Source: Klebsormidium nitens (Eukaryota; Plantae; Klebsormidiophyceae). From it: 64,000 nt of DNA. Within the stretch, counting starts at the first letter, position 1; the number at the start of each line of letters is the position of its first letter. Location: positions 4,130-68,129 of the forward strand of contig DF237446.1 of assembly GCA_000708835.1 (NCBI GenBank), in the 5' to 3' direction. The position numbers were made by a program, and so were the translations under genes. Below the pieces are notes generated by a model, which was given only the letters and a program-made list of their open reading frames with translations, had not been told where the DNA came from and ran no database searches. Shown here one piece after another: positions 47,697 through 60,346 of this stretch.

Positions 47697-48518
47697 TGTA
47701 GCTCCAGGCTCCAGCTCACAGCAGCTTGAACAGACTGCTTGCTTCTCAGACGGAAGGATACGATAAAAAAGCTCCGTTCCAGCACCTCTTGGGGCGCACC
47801 TGGGCGGCTCTTCCCCTGTGGCTTCTAGCTCTGCTCATCAGCACGCCATGGCCGGCTGAACCCAGCTGAGCTGTATGAGGTTCAAGCTGACGGCCGCGCT
47901 GCATATTTTGCGGCCGCGATGGTTCGTCGGCCCTTGCGCGGCGGCTGGGCTTTAGACTCGAGCGCGCGCAGCAGGCGCAGTTGTGCTCGCGCAACCTCCA
48001 GAGTTAGGTCACGTGCAGGTCTCTATCCTTCTGATCGCCGTCCGATGAGTCGATCGACGGCTTTCATATCACCACGGAGCGACTAGTCGTTACAAGCAGT
48101 ATGAATCTGCATGAGAGCGTCACGGTTCTCAGAACCGTTCTGTGTAGACTGCTCAGATTGATGAAGAAGGGAAGGCGGCACAAAGTCCTGCAGATTCAAC
48201 CCTAATAAGTCTTAGATTCACAGAACAGCATTACGAGAAGGTTGATAAGCGCACTGGCTTGAGAAGGATATCTGAACACCCGCGATACGCGCCGTGACCG
48301 AAGACTACTGCTGACAGACTAACCCTTCCCTCCCCCGCTCCCCCTGCTGCTGCTGCTCCCTCTTTCTGCTTGCTCTGCTTGTATGTATCTGTATGCTTTG
48401 TCTCTCACTAACGCTCCCTTGTGTCTCATGCTTTGACCCCTAACGACATTCCTGTTTCCTCTGCTCCCGTTGGCCACGTGTTTCGTAAGAGAGTCCAGGG
48501 TGGATAGCTTACCGGAAA

Positions 48519-51500
48519 ATGATGTATAAGACGCCGGTGAAGACCCCATTGGGCAAGGCCTGCCGAGAGAGGAGGGCGGCTATGGAGGAGGAGATGATGT
48601 CACCGCCGCTCATGATGCACAAGTCCGGCAGGAGGACCCCCATGAAGACGCCCAAGGCCAAGACGCCGCAGGTGCATTGCTGGGGCTTTGGCCAACCCTA
48701 CAGTTCCAAGCAATTGCTGGTTCTGAAACAGAAGTTCTCTCACTGGCTATCACGCTTACAGAAATGCAAAGAGTTTGGCAAGTGAAACAGAATGAGAGTC
48801 AAGAAAGGTGTTTGTGGCTGGTCCGCTGCGGCAGTTCCACTTTCTAGGGCTGTATCCTTCACCAGGGTGCAGAAGCGATACGAGTCTGCATTATGATGAT
48901 TCATTTCCAACTGTGCCCTCAGGGGCAGGGCCTACTTGGGTTTTTTTGACATGATTGGAAGGAGAGGCAGTTCAAATTTACAAGCAATGTTTTGTTCAGG
49001 TCCTCCTTCAATGAAAGTTCTTTTCAAATAAAGAAGTGATTGAAATGCATAATGTGCTCGAGTTTCCGGGAGTTTCTCACAAATACAGAATCATCCCACT
49101 GGCCCATCACAATCAGGTAACCCTTCATACACCCTGCTTTATACAAGCAAAAGAAGCAGACGGCAAGAAGATGCAACGTGCTCAATGCATCTACAAGCCT
49201 GAGCAATTGTAGTCCTACTGAAACCACCCCCCTCACATCCCAGGGCGACCGCTTCATCCCCAGCCGCCGCGAACTGGATCTCGACGTCGCGCACTTCAAC
49301 CTGATGCGTGATTCTGCCAAGGAGAATGCATTCAACAGCCACCTCGACATCGTCTCCCCTACCAAGGAGGAGTACAAGAAGCAACTGGCGGGATCGCTTC
49401 TTCAAGTGGACCAGAACAAAGAGCACTGCAAGATCCTGGCGTTCAAGAACAAGGCGCCGGCGCCCCCGGAAGGGTTTGAGAACCCGATGCGCGTGCTCTA
49501 CTCCCAGAATGCGGCAGGGGCGCGGCCGGCCAAGAAGGCCTTCCGGCACATCCCCTCGGTGAGGAGAAAGCGACAATTTGATGTCGGCTGTGTTTGTTTT
49601 GAGAGAGAGTGGGGCACATCTATTTTACAGAGTTCAAATGGGCCACTAAGCTCAGATCTTGTGAGTATGAGCACCTGGCTCAAAGAATTGGCCGGTAGTC
49701 AAAAGCAAGACCTGCGGCCTTAATCTGGGATAGGCATCTCTCCTTTCATCATCCCATCCTGGTTCTGCGCAGACGAATAGTTTTTCTGCCTGAGTTTTCC
49801 TTGACAAATTTTAGGAGTTTCCTCCTTCTAGCAGGTTCTCTAACAAGCTTCACCAAACCACTAAAGCATCCTATTTTGGTCACCATTTGACAGATCAGCT
49901 TGAAACTTAGATCCTCATCCTAAGCTCCGGGTCACATCATCGTGGGGTCAGAATCCCCCTTTGCTGTTTTCCCATGTGGAATCCTAAACCTTGATGATTT
50001 CCTTGTGATCCCCAGTTTTTAGGGGCCCCAGCGTTCTTAAGCTCCCTGACACCAGGCATCCTCTGAACTTCAGAGCACCAAATCTCATCAATGAACTCGT
50101 TCAAATCACATTTTTTCATCCCAAACCTCCCTTCTCCAGGCCCCAATCCACATCCTGGACCCTCGAAACAGTCCCAGGCACATTGGCCAAACCCGAAACC
50201 TAGCCCCAAAAGTAGACCTGTATTTGGACCCAAACTATAAGCTCAAAAGCAACCCTCAATCTGAAATTCCCTCATGCCCCCTACCGCACCTTCAACACCC
50301 CTGAGCTTCTGAACACAGTCCCATGCCCAGTCTCCCAAGCCCGAAAGCTAACCCCAAACCCAAACCTGCAGTCGAACTCGAAACACAGGCTTCAAACTAA
50401 CCCTCAATTTGAAACCCCCCTCAGGCCCCCGACCGCATCCTGGACGCCCCCGAGCTCCTCGACGACTACTACCTGAACCTGCTGGACTGGTCTGCACGTA
50501 ACACCGTTGCGGTTGCCCTCGGGAGCACCGTGTACTTATGGGACGCTGGCAGCGGCTCCATCCAGCAGCTTATGGACGTCGGGGGAGAGGATACGGACGA
50601 TCAGAGTGACTATATCACAAGCGTGGCGTGGGCGGGGGATGGGAAGCATCTCGCGGTGGGGCTCGGGAGCAGCGAGGTGCAGCTGTGGGACTGCGAGGCG
50701 ATCCGGCAGGTGAGAGTCCGTGGCGGGCGTGCTGAAAGTGTGGGTGACACCCTGAAGACACTTGGTCTGTCAGGAACTTTCGTCTGCATTAATTTCGTCT
50801 TCTCTCATACAGGGCAGGTCTCCCTCGGTTGTTTTGAATCCGAGGTCGAGGCACGTTTGCTTTTATCGTGCCTCTTTTCCATTGAGGGCAGGCCTCCTTA
50901 TGTTCCTCCTTCAGAGTTGTCCCTCTAAAGCGGCATCAATTGAGGACGTGCAGAGGTGGAATCTGCTGTTCTTTGATTCCAACCTTCAAAAGTGTTTGAG
51001 CGCTCGGTCAGCCTGAACTAGCCCGTCCAACCTAAAACAAAGTCGGCAGTCGACTTGCTGACGTCATCAAGCAATCAACGTGTTCAAAGTTGAGCCAATT
51101 CCTCATAGTACCATTTCTTCTTTTAACCCAGGTCCGCTCCCTGCGCGGCCACTCTGCGCGCGTGGGCGCCCTCTCGTGGTCCGGCCCCACTCTCAGCTCG
51201 GGCGGCCGCGACAGCCTCATCCTCAACCATGACGTCAGGCTGCGCGAGCACGTCACGGCATGCATGACCGGGGCGCACGAGCAGGTATGCATCGATCCGC
51301 TCTGAAAGTGTCATTGTTCCTTGCCAAGCGACTGTTGGCTCACCTTTATTCTTCTGAATAGTCACCAGAAGTTCAAGAGCTTTCGACTGAGACCACGTTG
51401 TGAACGTGCTTCGATGGGCTTGCTTGGATCCTCACCTTTGAAGACTACTCTTTCGTACTAATTCTTCATAGCGACGAGTTCCTTGTCTCCCAAAACGCCC

Positions 51501-53093
51501 AGCAGGAGATTACTGAGTTGCATGTTCGCCCTCCCATTTGTACGGATCCCCTATCTCTGATTCGAGGACTTGCCTATCAACTTGCCCGTCCTATCGCGTA
51601 AACAAACCTTCATCGCCTTTCAGGAGATCTGCGGCCTCAAGTGGTCCCCCTCGGGCGCCCAACTCGCGAGCGGCGGCAACGACAACTTGCTGCACGTGTG
51701 GGACGCGGCGCAGTCCGCGGCGCCGCTGCACCGGATGAATCAGCACCAGGCCGCCGTCAAGGCCCTCGCGTGGTGCCCCTTCCAGGCCAACCTGCTCGCA
51801 TCGGGGGGGGGGACAGCGGACCGGTGCATTAAGTTCTGGAACACAAACACAGGGGCCTGCCTCAACAGCATCGACACGCACAGCCAGGTGGGAAAGGTTT
51901 GCGAGTTCTCGTGATTAGGTCGCTCGATCTGTAGATTTACTGGTGACTATCACCCAAGAACAGCGATCTTAAGAAGATGACCAGACCTTGATTCGAAGGC
52001 TTTCGGCTGAGGCAGAAGAGCTCCGGAATAACGGGTCTGCCCTGAGGGTGATTTTTATGAAGAGCTCGATGCTCGATACACAGATTACAACCAAGTCAAC
52101 CAACACCGAACCAAACATCTGACCTCAGAATCAGCCGACTTCTAACTTCAGCACGGCTTCAGAAAGGTCGTCTCATTCCGCTTCCCCTCCCCCAGATTTG
52201 CGCGCTGCAGAGCTTCTCTACCGACATATTCCCCCCCCCTTATTTTTGAAGGACCTGGAAGCTGCGTATGACTTAATCTCTTAGCAAATATGGAGGTCTC
52301 CCTCCATGTCAGCCGACTTGCTTTCAAGGAAAAGGCTTCAGATAGACCGACTCTGACTTTTGCGTCTCTCCCTTCTCCCCCCCCTCCAGGTGTGCGCGCT
52401 GCAGTGGTCCCCCACTGAGCGCGAGCTGCTGTCGAGCCACGGGTTCAGCCAGAACCAGCTGTGCCTCTGGAAATACCCCTCCATGGCCAAGGTCGCAGAG
52501 CTCACCGGCCACACTGCGCGCGTCCTCCACCTCGCGCTCTCGCCCGACGGCACCACCGTCGCCTCCGCAGGTGCGTCAGCGCGGCTATTATATTTTCTAA
52601 GCTTCCTTTCTTGAATTCTATCTGAAACGGTGTCTACAAGCTATCATTTTGGAGTTGGTTAGCCCGCAGCCTAACGATTCATCTTGCACGGATTTCGAGA
52701 GATGTTCATTTACGAACGACTCCCCGCCTTACTCCGTTTTTTGCCTGCCTGACTCTTTTGTCGCTCTGTGAAAGTCGAGTCCATGTGATACACCCTCCAC
52801 TATAACTTCGTCAGGCGTCCGCATTTCTCTGCTTACACGTCCGAGAAAGTCCACTGCTTTTCTTTGCCAGGTCTTATGGGTTGCGTTGCTCTTCGACGCC
52901 TTCAGAGCTTGCTCCGCTCTCGCAGCCCTGTTCCGTTCTCAACGCTCCGTTCCGTTTCCGCCCTGCAGCCGCGGACGAGACCCTCCGCTTCTGGAAGGTC
53001 TTCGCGTCCAGCGAGGCGACCAATCCCAAGGCCAAAGCCGCAGCCAAGGCCCAGGACTCCCGTTCCGGCCTGCGCAGCATCAATATCCGGTGA
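48519..53093 (+). CDS. CDC20: Cell division cycle 20 (APC/C activator), ~491 aa, 7 exons (48519-48671, 49244-49558, 50425-50709, 51132-51284, 51624-51887, 52390-52570, 52969-53093)
   Basis: C-box DRFIPSR, KEN box, KILAFK Mad2-interaction motif, [22 protein letters not shown]40 repeats and a C-terminal IR tail. Confidence 0.96.
50111..50460 (+). repeat. Three diverged copies of the CDC20 intron 2 / exon 3 junction
   Basis: ccag|gccccaatccacatcctggac (AG 50138-39), ctcat-gccccctaccgcaccttcaac (50274-75) and the real ctcag|gcccccgaccgcatcctggac (AG 50423-24); period ~136-156 bp. Confidence 0.8.
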
Positions 53094-53324
53094 CCGCCGG
53101 AACGGCGGAACCACCCCGGAACCGTGTCTGTGGACACGTGGCTCCTCTGTATTGCTTTGTCTTGCTTGCTTTCTTGCTTTTTCTTTTCACCCCCCCAGCA
53201 GCAGCAGCATCCTGACCCCCCCGTCCGGTTTTCCAGCACGAGAGCCGACTTTCTAGCCGCCCTCGCGTCCCTAGTATTGGCTCGTTAGTCACCCCGATTG
53301 CCTGTGGGCTCGTTTTTGCTAGGG

Positions 53325-55300
53325 CGTCTTAACACCGCTGGATCGTCTCTCCTTCTGTCCGCTGTGTCCGCTCCTCTTGGGCGCTTTTACACCGCTAGAT
53401 CCTTGCCTTTCTTCTCTCTGTCCTGCGTGTCCGCTCTCTCCCGGGCGTATTCACACCCGTAGGTCTTCTCCGCTGTGTTTCAGCTTACAGCTGTTCCGCT
53501 CCGCTAGATACATCGCTCCGCGGCGTGCTGCCCTCTTGCGCTTCTTTACACCCCCTACTACGACGTTGCTTCCAGTTGTTGGACTCTCTTTGCGGAGGGA
53601 GTTTCGACCCCTCGGTCGCTACCGGAATTTTGCTACGTCTTTATCCTGCGGCGGCCTCAATTTCTTTGACTAGTGAGACTTCTCTTCGAGGAGGGAGTCT
53701 GCCCCTCTCGGTCTCGCTACTTGATCTCTACAGTACTGATCTTTGTCTTACCGCAGTATTCTTACTTAGAGTACACGTCGACGACTGCTCTACCTTGTCT
53801 CCCGAGCCTCCTCCTCGGAGCGCCGCCCCTCATCTTGCCTATCCTGCTAAATGCTCACTGTTTTCTTGTCTCGCTTCTCTAGTTGGCTCCTCAACTTTGA
53901 TCCTTGCGCAGGGTCTGCTGATCGCTTGCCCCGCCCTTCTCGCTCCTCTAGTTGGCTCCCTGCCTCTGATCCTCGTGGAGGGTCGACTGATCTCTTGCCC
54001 CGCCCCTCGCTCCGCTCTTCCGCTCGCTCATTCCGTCGGAATTTTGTTCCTTGCTATTGAACGATCTTGCCCCGCTGCCTAGGAACTGTCGCACATCGTC
54101 TCCCATCGTACTCTGATTGGTCTTCTCCTCCCTAACCCTCGCCTTGTCTCATCTCATCTCCTCCTACGCTATCCGTCCTATTTCGCCCCTCTCAAAACGA
54201 TCTTCCTAGTTGCTTCAATTCCAACGTCTCCCCCCTCTAGTTCTCTGCATCCTCCGGCTTTCCTTGAGCACCCTCCGTCTTGACTGCCTCCTTTCTTTGT
54301 GGTCAACCTCGACTGACCGATCTTGCTGAAACCAAACCGAACTCGAACCGGACCTGAATTTAAGCTGGAAAACTAATTGCGAACCCGATCTAACCGAGCG
54401 AGAACCTGAAACCGCTGCCACAACTCAAACGAAACCGAACCTAAGTCGAACTCAAACCGAAGGCGAACCCGTCTCACCGAAAAACGAATCGAACCTGAAC
54501 AGTGATCCCGAACCGTTGGCCAACTTGGAACCGAACCTGACCCAAATCTGCAATTGAATCGGTGCCGCAACTGGAACTGAAACTGAACCTGACTTGAATT
54601 GGACTCGAAGCCGAACCCCGCACCTTACTGGAAACTGAATAGTATCCGAACATTGACCCGAATCCTTAACTGGACTAGGTCGCACAAACCGCTCCCCTCC
54701 TTGTCTCTGCTTCCCCGAACCTGGTTGTTGCCCTTATTCGGAACCTGCCGTAACCTTTTCTGCCCTCGCCCTATCCTTGAATCCCTGAACCCGTGCTTTC
54801 TTTCATCGAGGATACAATAGCTGTAGGTCAGGAATTACTCCCATCTTCATCCACTTCAGTCCAAGACATAAGCATAAAGGTTAACATACCGAGAGAAACT
54901 TCTTAGGAACGTAGCCCCATAGATCGGCAACAGGTAGAATCTCTTCGAGCTTTCCATTCCTTTTGCCTACCCAAATATCCTACTGGTTTGAAGTTCGAAC
55001 TCCTGCATAGCGACTGATTCTATCATCTTGACCTGCTGTAACGCTCCTATACGCTTCCAAGGCTCTCCTCCTAAATGCAACCCTAGCTCCGATCCTCCTG
55101 ATCCCAGAGCTTTCCACTTCGCCAGCAATACACTCACCCATCTCGTTAGTCTGTCCTTAACGCATACATACAGGTTAGCACCTCCCCTAGTAACACTCCT
55201 CTTAACTAAGTCCGTCCTGCCCTCCGTCACTATACAAGCAGCCAGGACCTCCCCTGAGCTGTGCGGGCAGGCTTAACCCGGTCCCTAACTATACTCCGAA
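53325..55300. repeat. Strand-asymmetric low-complexity / repeat-rich tract, possibly a decayed retroelement
   Basis: Pyrimidine-rich plus strand; ~65-bp repeats at ~53330-53460; 69-bp repeats at 53872 and 53941; degenerate GAACC(G/T) iterations at ~54325-54670. No RT, integrase or transposase motif seen. Confidence 0.4.
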
Positions 55301-58300
55301 ACGCCTGTATTGCTCAATACAGTCAAACGGCGTTCCACAACGCCACCCAACTGAAGGAGTTTTCAATATTAAAGGAGTCAAGCTAAGAAACGCTGATAGT
55401 GTCATTGTCCCTCTTATTAGTTGCTGCAATGCCGACGCACCATCTCAAGTTTGATTGCTTGTACAGACCCAAATCCTGGCTAGCTGACAACGTCTCGATC
55501 GGATCTGACCTCTTCTCTTCTTGACAATAGGCTTCCAGAGTAACGCATAACCAGTGTACGTAACTTGAAGAGATTCGTGTAAGCTTGATGAGCCGACCCG
55601 TCCGCGCGGAAAAAAAACCTCGAGTCCTTAGGTTTTGCTTTTGTCACCTATTGGGTGAGATTTCCTGAGGAGGCAAGTATGGAGGAGCTCAAAAGGAAAG
55701 TCCAGCAGGTTGCCCTGGCGGGGTCAGTGGTCAGTTATGCGAACAGAATTTGGCGAGTCTGCGTTCGTTGAAGGTTTCGTCGAAGCTTGCCTCGCGGATT
55801 GCACCTTTTCAAAACGTTTCTCAAGCGCAGACTACCGTTGTAATCGTAACATTAGTTTAAGTCCAGGGCGAACTTACCTTACAACGGGTGAACGTACTTT
55901 AAGGAAGATTTCCGCTTATAAGTATACCATTCGACTTTCCAACTGCAAGCTCTTGTCTTCCTTTGTTCCGATATTATTTTCAGGCAACTTCAAGTTCTCA
56001 GCACTCGTTGTCAACCGTCATTTGAATCCTTCAGTACATGAGTCGAAACTGGCCAGCGTTAGCTGGACGTAAAGATGCTGCCCACAGGAGAGTCGTCAGC
56101 TTAATAGTTTAGATGTCGCTGCGCGTGTCTGCTCCAATTGGTATTCCAATCAGCAAAATCAACAGGCACCCACAACTGTCAGGTTCCGTCACAGTATCTT
56201 TTTCCGCCGTTCCTTTGTCTTCGTCTGAGTCGCCTTTTTCCGCTTGCACAGCTAACCCGTAATCTTCTCATTTGATTGTCAAAATCTCCACCCTTTCCTG
56301 CTTTTGTTCTCACAGTTCAGAATGACCAGATCAGTGATCGCCAGTCTCAATGGACCACGTACCACCTCAGGCATTTGATCCGAAAGCTTTCTGCCTTGTA
56401 ATCTTGGGTACGAATTACAAGATCGGATCGTGGGCAACAAGAAAGAGCTGCCCAAAAGCGGGCTAATGAAGCGCATGTACCAAAAGGCGGAGGCTTCTGT
56501 GCACTTCTGAACGAGGAGTCGGCCAAGGCTGCACCTGTTGTGACGCGCCTGCATCCCCTTCTCTTAGAGCCCCCAGCCTCACCAGCGTTTCGATCTTAAT
56601 TATGAAGAGGAAGGGTCACTGGGACGGGTGGGATTGGTTCGGGGTTTAGGTACGTGGGTCCCGGTGCAAAGCGTGTAAACCGTTGGTTTAGGATTTTCCT
56701 TACGTGCTGCTGTTACCCTGCATAGAGTTTACCCTTTATAGAATCGAGAAGTACCCACCGAACCCCCACAACCTGAAGGCGCTCTCTCGCAGCGGCGGTC
56801 TGCCAGTTGCAGCCGCAGCAAACAAGCGGCCTGTCACAGTTAGCCACGTGTCCCCCACGTCAGAACCACTTACCGCCCGCCCTGCTGTTGTCTCGGGCGG
56901 GCTTCGGGATGCACGCCGAGGGCGGTCTCAATCCGCAGCTCATGTTTTCGAGGACTCGCAGCTGCAGTACAGTACGAATGCCTTAGGCCGATAGAGTTCG
57001 GGAGGGATCCCTTTGGTTCGCCCGGCACTTAATGGGGGACGCCGAGAAGCCAGAGGGAGCGGGACTTCGTGATTGCCAATAATTAGCGCCTGGTTACAGA
57101 GACGGAGGCTCAAGAGTGGGTATACCGTGACGTAGTAGAAGAGGGCGGAATTTCTAATAAGCTGACAGGTCGAGTCTCCGTTTGCTTTTTGAAAGTGGGC
57201 AGAGAAGCGCGAGAGGAATATGAGGGCCGTCGCCTTTGATAGTGTGAAGGTATAGACCTAGACTCATTCGTGGTAGGCACGTCCGACGGAGGTGGGCTCG
57301 CGCCTGCCCAACTCATGAAAGTAAGTGACGGACTGCAAGGATCCGGTCACGGGTCAGATACTGATTTGGAAGTGCCGCATTGACAAACTTGTGAACATAT
57401 ATGTATTGAATGGGCGTAAATGATTGATAGGACTTTGAACAGGCTTACTAAAGCTATGCACGATATTCGGAATTCTTAGTTTCCGTCCTTAATGATATGG
57501 TTGTCAAAAATAGTGGACGTACGCTCATTTGAACTTTTGGTTTAGCGCAGTTAGAGGTAATTTGTAATTCGGATCACTATCACTGTAGGCAGCTAGAGAG
57601 CCTCGCGCTGCATGGGGCCCCAAGCTCTTGACGGTCACTATCCAAGTCTTCTATAAATTCCCGCGTCACATTATCAACTTTAATGCATGGCATGTGTGTA
57701 TAGGTTACAGTAGCATATCTGTAAATCCCCGGGCCAGCTCACATGCAGAGCGTGAGTCCCTTTTAATGCAACTCTTTCCATGCCATTGTACGGTCACATG
57801 CCCGGAGACGAATCAGGGTGACAATTACTGGTCAATTCTACTGAGAGTAAGTGGTGACAGACGGGACAGACTCGGATACATGAAACTTCTCGTGCAATAC
57901 ATTTTGCCCGTAACCAGCTAGGGTTTTCCATACGGTTAGCCTACTTAGCTTACGTTAAGTCTTGGTAAACTATGTCCAGGCTTTACTGCAAATTAGACCT
58001 ACATCTGTAAACTGACGAACAGACAATTGTCACCGCCACTTTATAACCACTTTCAGATTAAGAATACTAATGTTAGTCAGCTGTGAAATAGTTAGTATCG
58101 TGCTTGCTCTGAAAAGGTATGTTTTTTGACTTGGACATTCACGGAAGAGAGTAATTGTGAACTTTTAGCTATACTCCCAATCTCTCTGCTCGTCATCACC
58201 CTTCGACTTCTATCTACAACCCAGAATAGCATCCACCTTGCGGCCCTTGCTAGATAATTACAAGAGCTAGTCAGTCACGTACCCCGTTGGAGCGCACACG

Positions 58301-58490
58301 CTCATATACGTACACACGCTAACACCCACATAAAAACCTGCTTCGAGCCGAAGAGGCGCTGGAATATTGCCAAGTCAAAATAAGCCGTTCTTGGTAACTT
58401 CGATTCCGATAACGTCTCGTTCTTCACTGTTGCGTAACCGTAAACACACTCCCTTCCTCCGCCCTCAGCACCTCGCACTCCAAGCGTCAT

Positions 58491-59545
58491 TCATTGCGTC
58501 AGCCCGTTCATCCGGGCAAACCTGGTAAACCGCGGCGGCATCCGCCTCGAAGAGGAGTCAAACCCGGCTATCCCGGGGTAGTCTTCCGGCTGAGCTTCTC
58601 CCCCCCCCTGCATCTCGATCTCCTGGCTGGAGCCCCTCCATAGCGGGTCGGTCCCTGATGAGGTGTCAGAGTCCGGAAGGGAGGCCTGAGACTTGACCTG
58701 CTTGACACCGTGCATCGCAGTTGAAGGGGCGCTGATACCGGTCGCCCGGTCGATCCGCAGCTGGAGAGTGTCAAAGAGGAGGGCGTCCGTGCCGCGCCAC
58801 TCCACCAGCAAGTGGCGGTCCGCGGTCAGGGCCTTGCGTCCGAGGCGGTTCGTCGCATCGCTCCTGTGGAGGTTGAGAATGTTAGGAACTCGAAATACGA
58901 TTGATGAGGAGCTTCGCAGTCGATCTGATTAGGGGACAAGCGACCTGACATGCTCTTCGGTTCAGGTTATTAAGGTACATGTTGAGACTGTGAGGGGTTA
59001 AGAAACCTCTGACAAGAGCTTCGATGCCATTGGTCTGAGAAGGGGACAAGCTAGGCGACCTGGCTCGCTTTTGGTTTTAGTAAGGTCGGTCTTTGTTCCC
59101 ACGTTATAAGCGTACAGGTTAAGATCAGTGAGGGGTTAGAAAGACCTCAACAAGAGCTTCGCAGTCGATCTGAGTAGGGGACAAGCGACCTGAGTCGGTG
59201 TCGTTTTAATTGGAGCGGCCGTTGATCCATGTTATGATAGTACAGGTTGAGTTTGTGAGGGGTTGAAAAGCCCTTAACAAGAGCTTCGCAGTCGATCTGA
59301 GTAGGGGACAAGCGGCCTGATTCGCTTTGGTTTAGTTGGAACGGTGTTCAATAGACGCTCTGATTGCATTGTTGGAGCTCACGTGAAGTTTCAGATTAGA
59401 GCGGAGTGATCAAAGATCGCCTGTACCTAAAGCTCCTTGGTGCCCTCAACAATCGGAGAGAATAAATGGCTTCAAGATACTCTGCTATTGGTTGGACATT
59501 CCAAACACGTGATTGGTTTCGCCACCAGAAGTATTTTACTAATCT
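58491..59545 (-). CDS. Two terminal exons (59545-59427, 58863-58491) of an unrecognised gene, probably the 3' end of the membrane-protein gene at 60347-62319
   Basis: ccag|RLVKYFWWRNQ...AEYLEAIYSLRLLRAPRSF-ag|gtacag joins in phase to cacag|g-SDATNRLGRKALTADRHLLVEWRG...GLTQ*. Confidence 0.5.
58909..59340 (+). repeat. Diverged intronic tandem array, 4 copies (period 107-138 bp)
   Basis: GAGCTTCGCAGTCGATCTGA.TAGGGGACAAGCG.CCTGA at 58909, 59016, 59154 and 59281, separated by related but variable linkers ending GTACA.GTT.AG...GTGAGGGGTT...ACAA. Confidence 0.85.
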
Positions 59546-60346
59546 CTGGATGACAGAAACGTGGATCAGACTGAGAGTGGGCATCGTTGACCGGCAGAGC
59601 ACACCAATGAGGAAGTTTCATTGTCGACATTCATCAACTCTCCTGAGTTGGTCCCTTTTGAACATAATGAAGCCGGATGCCTTGGGCCGTGGCTGCCACA
59701 CTTTTATCGTGCAACGATCTTTGATTTTGTTTTTGATCGAGGTGATTGATGAGTCCGCTGCTTGCCTGCTTTCCGGCTTTTCCACGCCACTCAAAAAGCT
59801 GCAAGCTAGATATCCCGACAAAACACTTGCTTCGGAACCAAAGTCTGAGGAAAGCCCCTCATGCTCGCAAACCATTGACGAGGGAATCCTCAAATAAGTC
59901 AATCGAATGCTCACAAACGGAAAATAGAATAAGTTAAGCAATGCACCATCTGCTCCAGATCTCAGCGCAAAAGCCGCATAAACTCCGCCGGGTGATCTTT
60001 GAATGGGCGGCTTTTGCGCCGCTTAACGTACCTCAATTGAGGAACCAACTCTCAAACGAAAAGTCCGTTCCTTACTTGTGAACGTTGCTGCTTGAAAAGC
60101 TGACAACTAGCTCGAGATCGGCGCATCACCGGATTTCACACCTAGGGGCTAGACGGTAGGACCCCGTGCACCTTCACGAGCGACTCGACCTTGCGAGAGG
60201 GAATACCCCGACCTCGGCCTAGCAAGTGCTGAGAACAAGGAGAGGAGATTGATCGCAGGCACCCACTTGAAGCTGAAACCAGTGATCAAGTGGCTGAACT
60301 ATTCTATCATGGGGGCTAAAGGAGTTCTGAGAAAGAGCGGGCTCAC

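Noticed and set aside
48519-53093. Assignment as CDH1/CCS52 (FZR)
   Set aside because: The KEN box, KILAFK motif and WD40 wording (CALQWS...[13 protein letters not shown]) fit CDC20 better.
55300-58300. Protein-coding gene in the short ORFs of this interval
   Set aside because: ORFs are at most 120 aa with no recognisable motifs, and I could not build a consistent exon chain.
58909-59340. CRISPR array
   Set aside because: Eukaryotic intron, no cas genes, units of 107-138 bp, and the 'spacers' are homologous to one another.
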